Origin: Antedon mediterranea
Taxonomy: Eukaryota > Animalia > Echinodermata
Direction: 5' to 3'
DNA length: 64,000 bases
Assembly (NCBI RefSeq): GCF_964355755.1
Contig: NC_092680.1
Coordinates: 11,470,001 to 11,534,000, forward strand
In this document: positions 40,436 to 54,200 of the stretch, piece by piece
Position numbering within the stretch: the first letter of the stretch is position 1
Layout of the letters: every line of letters begins with the position of its first letter
Notes under the pieces: model-generated
Database searches by the model: none
What the model saw: the letters and a program-made list of their open reading frames with translations, nothing else
What the model was told of the DNA's origin: nothing
Translations under genes and position numbers: made by a program

Positions 40436-43400
40436 GAAATCAACAAAATGGTCTAATACGTCTCCAAATGCGATTTGAAGCTTTTCCAAGCTTTTTGCTG
40501 TTTTTATGTTAAGTTTTTTCGAAAATCACAAAATGGTCTAAAACGTCTTCAAATGCGATTTGAAGCTATTCTGTACACTTTGATGTTTTGTGTGAAAAAG
40601 TTTTGTCGAAATGCTCAAAATGGTCTAAAACGTTTTTAAATACGATATTAAGCTATTTTGTGATCTTTGATGTTTTTGTGTGAAAAGTTTTATCAAAATG
40701 CTCAAAATGGTCTGAAACGGTTTCTAATGCGATTTGAAGCTATTCTGTACACTTTGAAGTTTTGTGTGAAAAAGTTTTCTCGAAATGCTCAAAATGGTCT
40801 AAAACGTTTTTATATACCATATTAAGCTATTTTGTGCACTTTGATGTTTTTTTTGAAAAGTTTTATCGAAATGCTCAAAATGGTCTAAAACGGTTTCTAT
40901 TGGGATTTTAAGCACTTTGATGATTTTGTGTAACCAAGTTTCATCGAAAATCACAAAATGGTCTAAAACGTCTCCAAATGCGATTTGAGGATATTCTGAG
41001 CACTTTGGTGTTTTTTTGTTAAAAAGTTTTTTCGAAAATCACAAAATGGTCTAAAACGTCTCCAAATGCGATTTGAAGCTATTCTGTACACTTTGATGTT
41101 TTGTGTGAAAAAGTTTTGTCGAAATGCTCAAAATGGTCTAAAACGTTTTTAAATACGATATTAAGCTATTTTGTGATCTTTGATGTTTTTGTGTGAAAAG
41201 TTTTATCGAAATGCTCAAAATGGTCTAAAACGTTTTTAAAACGATATTAAGCTATTTTGTGCTCTTTGATGTTTTTGTGTAACCAAGTTTCATCGAAAAT
41301 CACAAAATGGTCTAAAACGTCGCCAAATGCGATTTGAAGCTTTTCTAAGCACTTTGGTGTTTTTATGTTAACAAGTTTTTTCGAAAATCACGAAATGGTC
41401 TAAAATATCTCCAAATGCGATTTGAAGATATTCTGAGCACTTTGGTGTTTTTATGTTAAAAAGTTTTTTCGAAAACCACAAAATGGTCTAAAACGTCTCC
41501 AAACGCGATTTGAAGCTCTTCTGTACACTTTGATGTTTTGTGTGAAAAAGTTTTGTCGAAATTCTCAAAATGGTCTAAAACGTTTTTAAATACGATATTA
41601 AGCTGTTTTGTGCACTTTGATGATTTGTGTGAAAAGTTTTAACGAAATGCTCAAAATGGTCAAAAACGGTTTCTAATGTGATTTTAAGCACTTTGATGTT
41701 TTTGTGTAACCAAGTTTTTTCAAAAATCACAAAATGGTCTAAAACGTCTCCAAATGCGATTTGAAGCTTTTCTAAGCACTTTGGTGTTTTTATGTTAACA
41801 AGTTTTTTCGAAAATCACAAAATGGTCTAAAACGTCTCCAAATGCGATTTGAAGATATTCTGAGCACTTTGGTGTTTTTATGTTAAAAAGTTTTTTCGAA
41901 AATCACAAAATAGTCTAAAACGTCTCCAAATGCGATTTGAAGCTATTCTGTACACTTTGATGTTTTGTGTGAAAAAGTTTTGTCGAAATGCTCAAAATGG
42001 TCTAAAACGTTTTTAAAACGATATTATTAAGCTATTTTGTGCTCTTTGATGTTTTTGTGTAACCAAGTTTCATCCAAAATCACAAAATGGTCTAAAACGT
42101 CTCAAAATGCGATTTGAAGCTTTTCTAAGCACTTTGGTGTTTTTATCTTAACAAGTTTTTTCGAAAATCACGAAATGGTCTAAAATGTCTCCAAATGCGA
42201 TTTGAAGATATTCTGAGCACTTTGGTGTTTTTATGTTAAAAAGTTTTTTCGAAAATCACAAAATGGTCTAAAACGTCTCCAAATGCGATTTGAAGCTCTT
42301 CTGTACACTTTTATGTTTTGTGTGAAAAAGTTTTGTCGAAATGCTCAAAATGGTCTAAAACGTTTTTAAATACGATATTAAGCTGTTTTGTGCACTTTGA
42401 TGATTTGTGTGAAAAGTTTTAACGAAATGCTCAAAATGGTCTAAAACGGTTTCTAATGTGATTTTAAGCACTTTGATGTTTTTGTGTAACCAAGTTTTTT
42501 CGAAAATCACAAAATAGTCTAAAACGTCTCCAAATGCGATTTGAAGCTTTTCTAAGCACTTTGGTGTTTTTATGTTAACAAGTTTTTTCGAAAATCACAA
42601 AATGGTCTAAAACGTCTCCAAATGCGATTTGAGGATATTCTGAGCACTTTGGTGTTTTTTTGTTAAAAAGTTTTTTCGAAAATCACAAAATGGTCTAAAA
42701 CGTCTCCAAATGCGATTTGAAGCTATTCTGTACACTTTGATGTTTTGTGTGAAAAAGTTTTGTCGAAATGCTCAAAATGGTCTAAAACGTTTTTAAATAC
42801 GATATTAAGCTATTTTGTGATCTTTGATGTTTTTGTGTGAAAAGTTTTATCGAAATGCTCAAAATGGTCTAAAACGGTTTCTATTGTGATTTTAAGCACT
42901 TTGATGATTTTGTGTAACCAAGTTTCATCGAAATGTACAAAATGGTCTAAAACGTCTCCAAATGCGATTTGAAGCTATTCTAAGTACTTTTGTGTTTTTA
43001 TGTTAACAAGTTTTTTCGAAAATCACAAAATGGTCTAAAACGTCTCAAAATGCGATTTGAAGCTATTCTGTACACTTTGATGTTTTGTGTGAAAAAGTTT
43101 TGTCGAAATGCTCAAAATGGTCTAAAACGTTTTTAAAACGATATTAAGCTATTTTGTGCTCTTTGATGTTTTTGTGTAACCAAGTTTCATCGAAATCAAC
43201 AAAATGGTCTAATACGTCTCCAAATGCGATTTGAAGCTTTTCCAAGCTTTTTGCTGTTTTTATGTTAAGTTTTTTCGAAAATCACAAAATGGTCTAAAAC
43301 GTCTTCAAATGCGATTTGAAGCTATTCTGTACACTTTGATGTTTTGTGTGAAAAAGTTTTGTCGAAATGCTCAAAATGGTCTAAAACGTTTTTAAATACG

Positions 43401-45527
43401 ATATTAAGCTATTTTGTGATCTTTGATGTTTTTGTGTGAAAAGTTTTATCAAAATGCTCAAAATGGTCTGAAACGGTTTCTAATGCGATTTGAAGCTATT
43501 CTGTAATCTTTGAAGTTTTGTGTGAAAAAGTTTTCTCGAAATGCTCAAAATGGTCTAAAACGTTTTTATATACCATATTAAGCTATTTTGTGCACTTTGA
43601 TGTTTTTGTGTGAAAAGTTTTATCGAAATGCTCAAAATGGTCTAAAACGGTTTCTATTGTGATTTTAAGCACTTTGATGATTTTGTGTAACCAAGTTTCA
43701 TCGAAATGTACAAAATGGTCTAAAACGTCTCCAAATGCGATTTGAAGCTATTCTAAGTACTTTTGTGTTTTTATGTTAACAAGTTTTTTCGAAAATCACA
43801 AAATGGTCTAAAACGTCTCAAAATGCGATTTGAAGCTATTCTGTACACTTTGATGTTTTGTGTGAAAAAGTTTTGTCGAAATGCTCAAAATGGTCTAAAA
43901 CGTTTTTAAAACGATATTAAGCTATTTTGTGCTCTTTGATGTTTTTGTGTAACCAAGTTTCATCGAAATCAACAAAATGGTCTAATACGTCTCCAAATGC
44001 GATTTGAAGCTTTTCCAAGCTTTTTGCTGTTTTTATGTTAAGTTTTTTCGAAAATCACAAAATGGTCTAAAACGTCTTCAAATGCGATTTGAAGCTATTC
44101 TGTACACTTTGATGTTTTGTGTGAAAAAGTTTTGTCGAAATGCTCAAAATGGTCTAAAACGTTTTTAAATACGATATTAAGCTATTTTGTGATCTTTGAT
44201 GTTTTTGTGTGAAAAGTTTTATCAAAATGCTCAAAATGGTCTGAAACGGTTTCTAATGCGATTTGAAGCTATTCTGTACACTTTGAAGTTTTGTGTGAAA
44301 AAGTTTTCTCGAAATGCTCAAAATGGTCTAAAACGTTTTTATATACCATATTAAGCTATTTTGTGCACTTTGATGTTTTTTTTGAAAAGTTTTATCGAAA
44401 TGCTCAAAATGGTCTAAAACGGTTTCTATTGGGATTTTAAGCACTTTGATGATTTTGTGTAACCAAGTTTCATCGAAAATCACAAAATGGTCTAAAACGT
44501 CTCCAAATGCGATTTGAAGCTTTTCTAAGCACTTTTGTGTTTTTATGTTAACAAGTTTTTTCGAAAATCACAAAATGGTCTAAAACGTCTTCAAATGCGA
44601 TTTGAAGCTATTCTGTACACTTTTATGTTTTGTGTGAAAAAGTTTTGTCGAAATTCTCAAAATGGTCTAAAACGTTTTTAAATACGATATTAAGCTGTTT
44701 TGTGCACTTTGATGATTTGTGTGAAAAGTTTTAACGAAATGCTCAAAATGGTCTAAAACGGTTTCTAATGTGATTTTAAGCACTTTGATGTTTTTGTGTA
44801 ACCAAGTTTTTTCGAAAATCACAAAATAGTTTAAAACGTCTCCAAATGCGATTTGAAGCTTTTCTAAGCACTTTGGTGTTTTTATGTTAACAAGTTTTTT
44901 CGAAAATCACAAAATGGTCTAAAACGTCTCCAAATGCGATTTGAGGATATTCTGAGCACTTTGGTGTTTTTTTGTTAAAAAGTTTTTTCGAAAATCACAA
45001 AATGGTCTAAAACGTCTCCAAATGCGATTTGAAGCTATTCTGTACACTTTGATGTTTTGTGTGAAAAAGTTTTGTCGAAATTCTCAAAATGTTCTAAAAC
45101 GTTTTTAAATACGATATTAAGCTATTTTGTGATCTTTGATGTTTTTGTGTGAAAAGTTTTATCGAAATGCTCAAAATGGTCTAAAACGTTTTTAAAACGA
45201 TATTAAGCTATTTTGTGCTCTTTGATGTTTTTGTGTAACCAAGTTTCATCGAAAATCACAAAATGGTCTAAAACGTCGCCAAATGCGATTTGAAGCTTTT
45301 CTAAGCACTTTGGTGTTTTTATGTTAACAAGTTTTTTCGAAAATCACGAAATGGTCTAAAATATCTCCAAATGCGATTTGAAGATATTCTGAGCACTTTG
45401 GTGTTTTTATGTTCAAAAGTTTTTTCGAAAATCACAAAATAGTCTAAAACGTCTCCAAATGCGATTTGAAGCTATTCTGTACACTTTGAAGTTTTGTGTG
45501 AAAAAGTTTTGTCGAAATGCTCAAAAT

Positions 45528-46230
45528 GGTCTAAAACGTTTTTAAAACGATATTAAGCTATTTTGTGCACTTTAATGATTTGTGTGAAAAGTTTTACGAA
45601 ATGCTCAAAATGGTCTAAAACGGTTTCTAATGTGATTTTAAGCACTTTGATGTTTTTGTGTAACCAAGTTTTTTCGAAAATCACAAAATGGTCTAAAACG
45701 TCTCCAAATGCGATTTCAAGCTTTTCTAAGCACTTTGGTGTTTTTATGTTAACAAGTTTTTTCGAAAATCACAAAATGGTCTAAAACGTCTCCAAATGCG
45801 ATTTGAAGCTTTTCTAAGCACTTTGGTGTTTTTATGTTAACAAGTTTTTTCGAAAATCTTGAAATGGTCTAAAATGTCTCCAAATGCGATTTGAAGCTAT
45901 TCTGTACACTTTGATGTTTTGTGTGAAAAAGTTTTGTCGAAATGCTCAAAATGGTCTAAAACGTTTTTAAAACGATATTAAGCTATTTTGTGCACTTTAA
46001 TGATTTGTGTGAAAAGTTTTACGAAATGCTCAAAATGGTCTAAAACGGTTTCTAATGTGATTTTAAGCACTTTGATGTTTTTGTGTAACCAAGTTTTTTC
46101 GAAAATCACAAAATGGTCTAAAACGTCTCCAAATGCGATTTCAAGCTTTTCTAAGCACTTTGGTGTTTTTATGTTAACAAGTTTTTTCGAAAATCACAAA
46201 ATGGTCTAAAACGTCTCCAAATGCGATTTG
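45528..46230 (+). repeat. 425-bp (5-monomer) local duplication
   Basis: The 84-bp variant monomer (cactttaatgatt...ttttacg) and gatttcaagc recur 425 bp apart (identical ORFs at 45563/45988); 84+78+88+88+87 = 425. It is single in the 16-kb copy and doubled again at 58540/58965. Confidence 0.85.
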
Positions 46231-49200
46231 AGGATATTCTGAGCACTTTGGTGTTTTTATGTTAAAAAGTTTTTTCGAAAATCACAAATTGGTCTAAAAC
46301 GTCTCCAAATGCGATTTGAAGCTATTCTGTACACTTTGATGTTTTGTGTGAAAAAGTTTTGTCAAAATGCTCAAAATGGTCTAAAACGTTTTTAAAACGA
46401 TATTAAGCTATTTTGTGCTCTTTGATGTTTTTGTGTAACCAAGTTTCATCGAAATCAACAAAATGGTCTAATACGTCTCCAAATGCGATTTGAAGTTTTT
46501 CCAAGCACTTTGCTGTTTTTATGTTAACAAGTTTTTTCGAAAATCACAAAATGGTCTAAAACGTCTTCAAATGCGATTTGAAGCTATTCTGTACACTTTG
46601 ATGTTTTGTGTGAAAAAGTTTTGTCGAAATGCTCAAAATGGTCTAAAACGTTTTTAAATACGATATAAAGCTATTTTGTGATCTTTGATGTTTTTGTGTG
46701 AAAAGTTTTATCGAAATGCTCAAAATGGTCTAAAACGGTTTCTAATGCGATTTGAAGCTATTCTGTACCCTTTGAAGTTTTTTGTGAAAAAGTTTTCTCG
46801 AAATGCTCAAAATGGTCTAAAAAGTTTTTATATACCATATTAAGCTATTTTGTGCACTTTGATGTTTTTTGTGAAAAGTTTTATCGAAATGCTCAAAATG
46901 GTCTAAAACGGTTTCTATTGGGATTTTAAGCACTTTGATGATTTTGTGTAACCAAGTTTCATCGAAATGTACAAAATGGTCTAAAACGTCTCCAAATGCG
47001 ATTTGAAGCTATTCTAAGTACTTTTGTGTTTTTATGTTAACAAGTTTTTTCGAAAATCACAAAATGGTCTAAAACGTCTTCAAATGCGATTTGAAGCTAT
47101 TCTGTACACTTTTATGTTTTGTGTGAAAAAGTTTTGTCGAAATTCTCAAAATGGTCTAAAACGTTTTTAAATACGATATTAAGCTGTTTTGTGCACTTTG
47201 ATGATTTGTGTGAAAAGTTTTAACGAAATGCTCAAAATGGTCAAAAACGGTTTCTAATGTGATTTTAAGCACTTTGATGTTTTTGTGTAACCAAGTTTTT
47301 TCAAAAATCACAAAATGGTCTAAAACGTCTCCAAATGCGATTTGAAGCTTTTCTAAGCACTTTGGTGTTTTTATGTTAACAAGTTTTTTCGAAAATCACA
47401 AAATGGTCTAAAACGTCTCCAAATGCGATTTGAAGATATTCTGAGCACTTTGGTGTTTTTATGTTAAAAAGTTTTTTCGAAAATCACAAAATAGTCTAAA
47501 ACGTCTCCAAATGCGATTTGAAGCTATTCTGTACACTTTGATGTTTTGTGTGAAAAAGTTTTGTCGAAATGCTCAAAATGGTCTAAAACGTTTTTAAAAC
47601 GATATTAAGCTATTTTGTGCTCTTTGATGTTTTTGTGTAACCAAGTTTCATCGAAAATCACAAAATGGTCTAAAACGTCTCAAAATGCGATTTGAAGCTT
47701 TTCTAAGCACTTTGGTGTTTTTATGTTAACAAGTTTTTTCGAAAATCACGAAATGGTTTAAAATATCTCCAAATGCGATTTGAAGATATTCTGAGCACTT
47801 TGGTGTTTTTATGTTAAAAAGTTTTTTCGAAAATCACAAAATGGTCTAAAACGTCTCCAAATGCGATTTGAAGCTCTTCTGTACACTTTGATGTTTTGTG
47901 TGAAAAAGTTTTGTCGAAATGCTCAAAATGGTCTAAAACGTTTTCAAATACGATATTAAGCTGTTTTGTGCACTTCGATGATTTGTGTGAAAAGTTTTAA
48001 CGAAATCCTCAAAATGGTCTAAAACGGTTTCTAATGTGATTTTAAGCACTTTGATGTTTTTGTGTAACCAAGTTTTATCGAAAATCACAAAATAGTCTAA
48101 AACGTCTCCAAATGCGATTTGAAGCTTTTCTAAGCACTTTGGTGTTTTTATGTTAACAAGTTTTTTCGAAAATCACAAAATGGTCTAAAACGTCTCCAAA
48201 TGCGATTTGAGGATATTCTGAGCACTTTGGTGTTTTTTTGTTAAAAAGTTTTTTCGAAAATCACAAAATGGTCTAAAACGTCTCCAAATGCGATTTGAAG
48301 CTATTCTGTACACTTTGATGTTTTGTGTGAAAAAGTTTTGTCGAAATGCTCAAAATGGTCTAAAACATTTTTAAATACGATATTAAGCTATTTTGTGATC
48401 TTTGATGTTTTTGTGTGAAAAGTTTTATCGAAATGCTCAAAATGGTCTAAAACGGTTTCTATTGTGATTTTAAGCACTTTGATGATTTTGTGTAACCAAG
48501 TTTCATCGAAATGTACAAAATGGTCTAAAACGTCTCCAAATGCGATTTGAAGCTATTCTAAGTACTTTTGTGTTTTTATGTTAACAAGTTTTTTCGAAAA
48601 TCACAAAATGGTCTAAAACGTCTTCAAATGCGATTTGAAGCTATTCTGTACACTTTGATGTTTTGTGTGAAAAAGTTTTGTCAAAATGCTCAAAATGGTC
48701 TAAAACGTTTTTAAAACGATATTAAGCTATTTTGTGCTCTTTGATGTTTTTGTGTAACCAAGTTTCATCGAAAATCACAACATGGTCTAAAACGTCTCCA
48801 AATGCGATTTGAAGCTTTTCTAAGCACTTTGGTGTTTTTATGTTAACAAGTTTTTTCGAAAATCACAAAATGGTCTAAAACGTCTCCAAATGCGATTTGA
48901 AGCTCTTCTGTACACTTTGATGTTTTGTTTGAAAAAGTTTTGTCGAAATTCTCAAAATGGTCTAAAACGTTTTTAAATTCGATATTAAGCTGTTTTGTGC
49001 ACTTTGATGATTTGTGTGAAAAGTTTTAACGAAATGCTCAAAATGGTCAAAAACGGTTTCTAATGTGATTTTAAGCACTTTGATGTTTTTGTGTAACCAA
49101 GTTTTTTCGAAAATCACAAAATGGTCTAAAACGTCTCCAAATGCGATTTGAGGATATTCTGAGCACTTTGGTGTTTTTATGTTAAAAAGTTTTTTCGAAA

Positions 49201-51276
49201 ATCACAAAATGGTCTAAAACGTCTCAAAATGCGATTTGAAGCTAATCTGTACACTTTGATGTTTTGTGTGAAAAAGTTTTGTCGAAATGCTCAAAATGGT
49301 CTAAAACGTTTTTAAAACGATATTAAGCTATTTTGTGCTCTTTGATGTTTTTGTGTAACCAAGTTTCATCGAAATCAACAAAATGGTCTAATACGTCTCC
49401 AAATGCGATTTGAAGCTTTTCCAAGCACTTTGCTGTTTTTATGTTAACAAGTTTTTTCGAAAATCACAAAATGGTCTAAAACGTCTTCAAATGCGATTTG
49501 AAGCTATTCTGTAGACTTTGATGTTTTGTGTGAAAAAGTTTTGTCGAAATGCTCAAAATGGTCTAAAACGTTTTTAAATACGATATTAAGCTATTTTGTG
49601 ATCTTTGATGTTTTTGTGTGAAAAGTTTTATCAAAATGCTCAAAGTGGTCTGAAACGGTTTCTAATGCGATTTGAAGCTATTCTGTACACTTTGAAGTTT
49701 TGTGTGAAAAAGTTTTCTCGAAATGCTCAAAATGGTCTAAAACGTTTTTATATACCATATTAAGCTATTTTGTGCACTTTGATGTTTTTTGTGAAAAGTT
49801 TTATCGAAATGCTCAAAATGGTCTAAAACGGTTTCTATTGGGATTTTAAGCACTTTGATGATTTTGTGTAACCAAGTTTCATCGAAATGTACAAAATGGT
49901 CTAAAACGTCTCCAAATGCGATTTGAAGCTATTCTAAGTACTTTTGTGTTTTTATGTTAACAAGTTTTTTCGAAAATCACAAAATGGTCTAAAACGTCTT
50001 TCAAATGCGATTTGAAGCTATTCTGTACACTTTTATGTTTTGTGTGAAAAAGTTTTGTCGAAATTCTCAAAATGGTCTAAAACGTTTTTAAATACGATAT
50101 TAAGCTGTTTTGTGCACTTTGATGATTTGTGTGAAAAGTTTTAACGAAATGCTCAAAATGGTCAAAAACGGTTTCTAATGTGATTTTAAGCACTTTGATG
50201 TTTTTGTGTAACCAAGTTTTTTCAAAAATCACAAAATGGTCTAAAACGTCTCCAAATGCGATTTGAAGCTTTTCTAAGCACTTTGGTGTTTTTATGTTAA
50301 CAAGTTTTTTCGAAAATTACAAAATGGTCTAAAACGTCTCCAAATGCGATTTGAAGATATTCTGAGCACTTTGGTGTTTTTATGTTAAAAAGTTTTTTCG
50401 AAAATCACAAAATAGTCTAAAACGTCTCCAAATGCGATTTGAAGCTATTCTGTACACTTTGATGTTTTGTGTGAAAAAGTTTTGTCGAAATGCTCAAAAT
50501 GGTCTAAAACGTTTTTAAAACGATATTAAGCTATTTTGTGCTCTTTGATGTTTTTTTGTAACCAAGTTTCATCGAAAATCACAAAATGGTCTAAAACGTC
50601 TCAAAATGCGATTTGAAGCTTTTCTAAGCACTTTGGTGTTTTTATGTTAACAAGTTTTTTCGAAAATCACGAAATGGTCTAAAATGTCTCCAAATGCGAT
50701 TTGAAGATATTCTGAGCACTTTGGTGTTTTTATGTTAAAAAGTTTTTTCGAAAATCACAAAATGGTCTAAAACGTCTCCAAATGCGATTTGAAGCTCTTC
50801 TGTACACTTTGATGTTTTGTGTGAAAAAGTTTTGTCGAAATGCTCAAAATGGTCTAAAACGTTTTCAAATACGATATTAAGCTGTTTTGTGCACTTTGAT
50901 GATTTGTGTGAAAAGTTTTAACGAAATGCTCAAAATGGTCTAAAACGGTTTCTAATGTGATTTTAAGCACTTTGGTGTTTTTATGTTAACAAGTTTTTTC
51001 GAAAATCACAAAATGGTCTAAAACGTCTCCAAATGCGATTTGAGGATATTCTGAGCTCTTTGGTGTTTTTTTGTTAAAAAGTTTTTTCGAAAATCACAAA
51101 ATGGTCTAAAACGTCTCCAAATGCGATTTGAAGCTATTCTGTACACTTTGATGTTTTGTGTGAAAAAGTTTTGTCGAAATGCTCAAAATGGTCTAAAACA
51201 TTTTTAAATACGATATTAAGCTATTTTGTGATCTTTGATGTTTTTGTGTGAAAAGTTTTATCGAAATGCTCAAAAT

Positions 51277-54200
51277 GGTCTAAAACGGTTTCTATTGTGA
51301 TTTTAAGCACTTTGATGATTTTGTGTAACCAAGTTTCATCGAAATGTACAAAATGGTCTAAAACGTCTTTAAATGCGATTTGAAGCTATTCTAAGTACTT
51401 TTGTGTTTTTATGTTAACAAGTTTTTTCGAAAATCACAAAATGGTCTAAAACGTCTTCAAATGCGATTTGAAGCTATTCTGTACACTTTGATGTTTTGTG
51501 TGAAAAAGTTTTGTCAAAATGCTCAAAATGGTCTAAAACGTTTTTAAAACGATATTAAGCTATTTTGTGCTCTTTGATGTTTTTGTGTAACCAAGTTTCA
51601 TCGAAAATCACAACATTGTCTAAAACGTCTCCAAATGCGATTTGAAGCTTTTCTAAGCACTTTGGTGTTTTTATGTTAACAAGTTTTTTCGAAAATCACA
51701 AAATGGTCTAAAACGTCTCCAAATGCGATTTGAAGCTCTTCAGTACACTTTGATGTTTTGTTTGAAAAAGTTTTGTCGAAATTCTCAAAATGGTCTAAAA
51801 CGTTTTTAAATTCGATATTAAGCTGTTTTGTGCACTTTGATGATTTGTGTGAAAAGTTTTAACGAAATGCTCAAAATGGTCTAAAACGGTTTCTAATGTG
51901 ATTTTAAGCACTTTGATGTTTTTGTGTAACCAAGTTTTTTCGAAAATCACAAAATAGTCTAAAACGTCTCCAAATGCGATTTGAAGCTTTTCTAAGCACT
52001 TTGGTGTTTTTATGTTAACAAGTTTTTTCGAAAATCACAAAATGGTCTAAAACGTCTCCAAATGCGATTTGAGGATATTCTGAGCACTTTGGTGTTTTTA
52101 TGTTAATAAGTTTTTTCGAAAATCACAAAATGGTCTAAAACGTCTTCAAATGCGATTTGAAGCTATTCTGTAGACTTTGATGTTTTGTGTGAAAAAGTTT
52201 TGTCGAAATGCTCAAAATGGTCTAAAACGTTTTTAAATACGATATTAAGCTATTTTGTGATCTTTGATGTTTTTGTGTGAAAAGTTTTATCGAAATGCTC
52301 AAAATGGTCTAAAACGGTTTCTATTGTGATTTTAAGCACTTTGATGATTTTGTGTAACCAAGTTTCATCGAAATGTACAAAATGGTCTAAAACGTCTCCA
52401 AATGCGATTTGAAGCTATTCTAAGTACTTTTGTGTTTTTATGTTAACAAGTTTTTTCGAAAATCACAAAATGGTCTAAAACGTCTTCAAATGCGATTTGA
52501 AGCTATTCTGTACACTTTGATGTTTTGTGTGAAAAAGTTTTGTCAAAATGCTCAAAATGGTCTAAAACGTTTTTAAAACGATATTAAGCTTTTTTGTGCT
52601 CTTTGATGTTTTTGTGTAACCAAGTTTCATCGAAAATCACAAAATGGTCTAAAACGTCTCCAAATGCGATTTGAAGCTTTTCTAAGCACTTTGGTGTTTT
52701 TATGTTAACAAGTTTTTTCGAAAATCACAAAATGGTCTAAATCGTCTCCAAATGCGATTTGAAGCTCTTCTGTACACTTTGATGTTTTGTTTGAAAAAGT
52801 TTTGTCGAAATTCTCAAAATGGTCTAAAACGTTTTTAAATACGATATTAAGCTGTTTTGTGCACTTTGATGATTTGTGTGAAAAGTTTTAACGAAATGCT
52901 CAAAATGGTCTAAAACGGTTTCTAATGTGATTTTAAGCACTTTGATGTTTTTGTGTAACCAAGTTTTTTCGAAAATCACAAAATAGTCTAAAACGTCTCC
53001 AAATGCGATTTGAAGCTTTTCTAAGCACTTTGGTGTTTTTATGTTAACAAGTTTTTTCGAAAATCACAAAATGGTCGAAAACGTCTCAAAATGCGATTTG
53101 AGGATATTCTGAGCACTTTGGTGTTTTTTTGTTAAAAAGTTTTTTCGAAAATCACAAAATGGTCTAAAACGTCTCCAAATGCGATTTGAAGCTATTCTGT
53201 ACACTTTGATGTTTTGTGTGAAAAAGTTTTGTCGAAATGCTCAAAATGGTCTAAAACGTTTTTAAATACGATAATAAACTATTTTGTGATCTTTGATGTT
53301 TTTGTGTGAAAAGTTTTATCGAAATGCTCAAAATGGTCTAAAACGTTTTTAAAACGATATTAAGCTATTTTGTGCTCTTTGATGTTTTTGTGTAACCAAG
53401 TTTCATCGAAAATCACAAAATGGTCTAAAACGTCGCCAAATGCGATTTGAAGCTATTCTGTACACTTTGATGTTTTGTGTGAAAAAGTTTTGTCGAAATG
53501 CTCAAAATGGTCTAAAACGTTTTTAAAACGATATTAAGCTATTTTGTGCTCTTTGATGTTTTTGTGTAACCAAGTTTCATCGAAAATCACAAAATGGTCT
53601 AAAACGTCTCCAAATGCGATTTGAAGCTTTTCTAAGCACTTTGGTGTTTTTATGTTAACAAGTTTTTTCGAAAATCACAAAATGGTCTAAAACGTCTCCA
53701 AATGCGATTTGAAGCTCTTCTGTACACTTTGATGTTTTGTTTGAAAAAGTTTTGTCGAAATTTTCAAAATGGTCTAAAACGTTTTTAAATACGATATTAA
53801 GCTGTTTTGTGCACTTTGATGATTTGTGTGAAAAGTTTTAACGAAATGCTCAAAATGGTCTAAAACGGTTTCTAATGTGATTTTAAGCACTTTGATGTTT
53901 TTGTGTAACCAAGTTTTTTCGAAAATCACAAAATAGTCTAAAACGTCTCCAAATGCGATTTGAAGCTTTTCTAAGCACTTTGGTGTTTTTATGTTAACAA
54001 GTTTTTTCGAAAATCACAAAATGGTCTAAAACGTCTCCAAATGCGATTTGAGGATATTCTGAGCACTTTGGTGTTTTTTTGTTAAAAAGTTTTTTCGAAA
54101 ATCACAAAATGGTCTAAAATGTCTCCAAATGCGATTTGAAGCTATTCTGTACACTTTGATGTTTTATGTGAAAAAGTTTTGTCGAAATGCTCAAAATGGT

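Larger units (their letters stand above)
29496..48680 (+). repeat. Large segmental copy of ~1108-17970 with whole-monomer insertions (offset 28,388, then 29,512, then 30,712)
   Basis: agcttttttg 1311/29699 (28388). aaaccacaaa 11961/41473, gatattatt 12508/42020 and ORF 16051/45563 (29512). ggtttaaaatatc 17043/47755 and aaatcctc 17291/48003 (30712). Confidence 0.88.
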
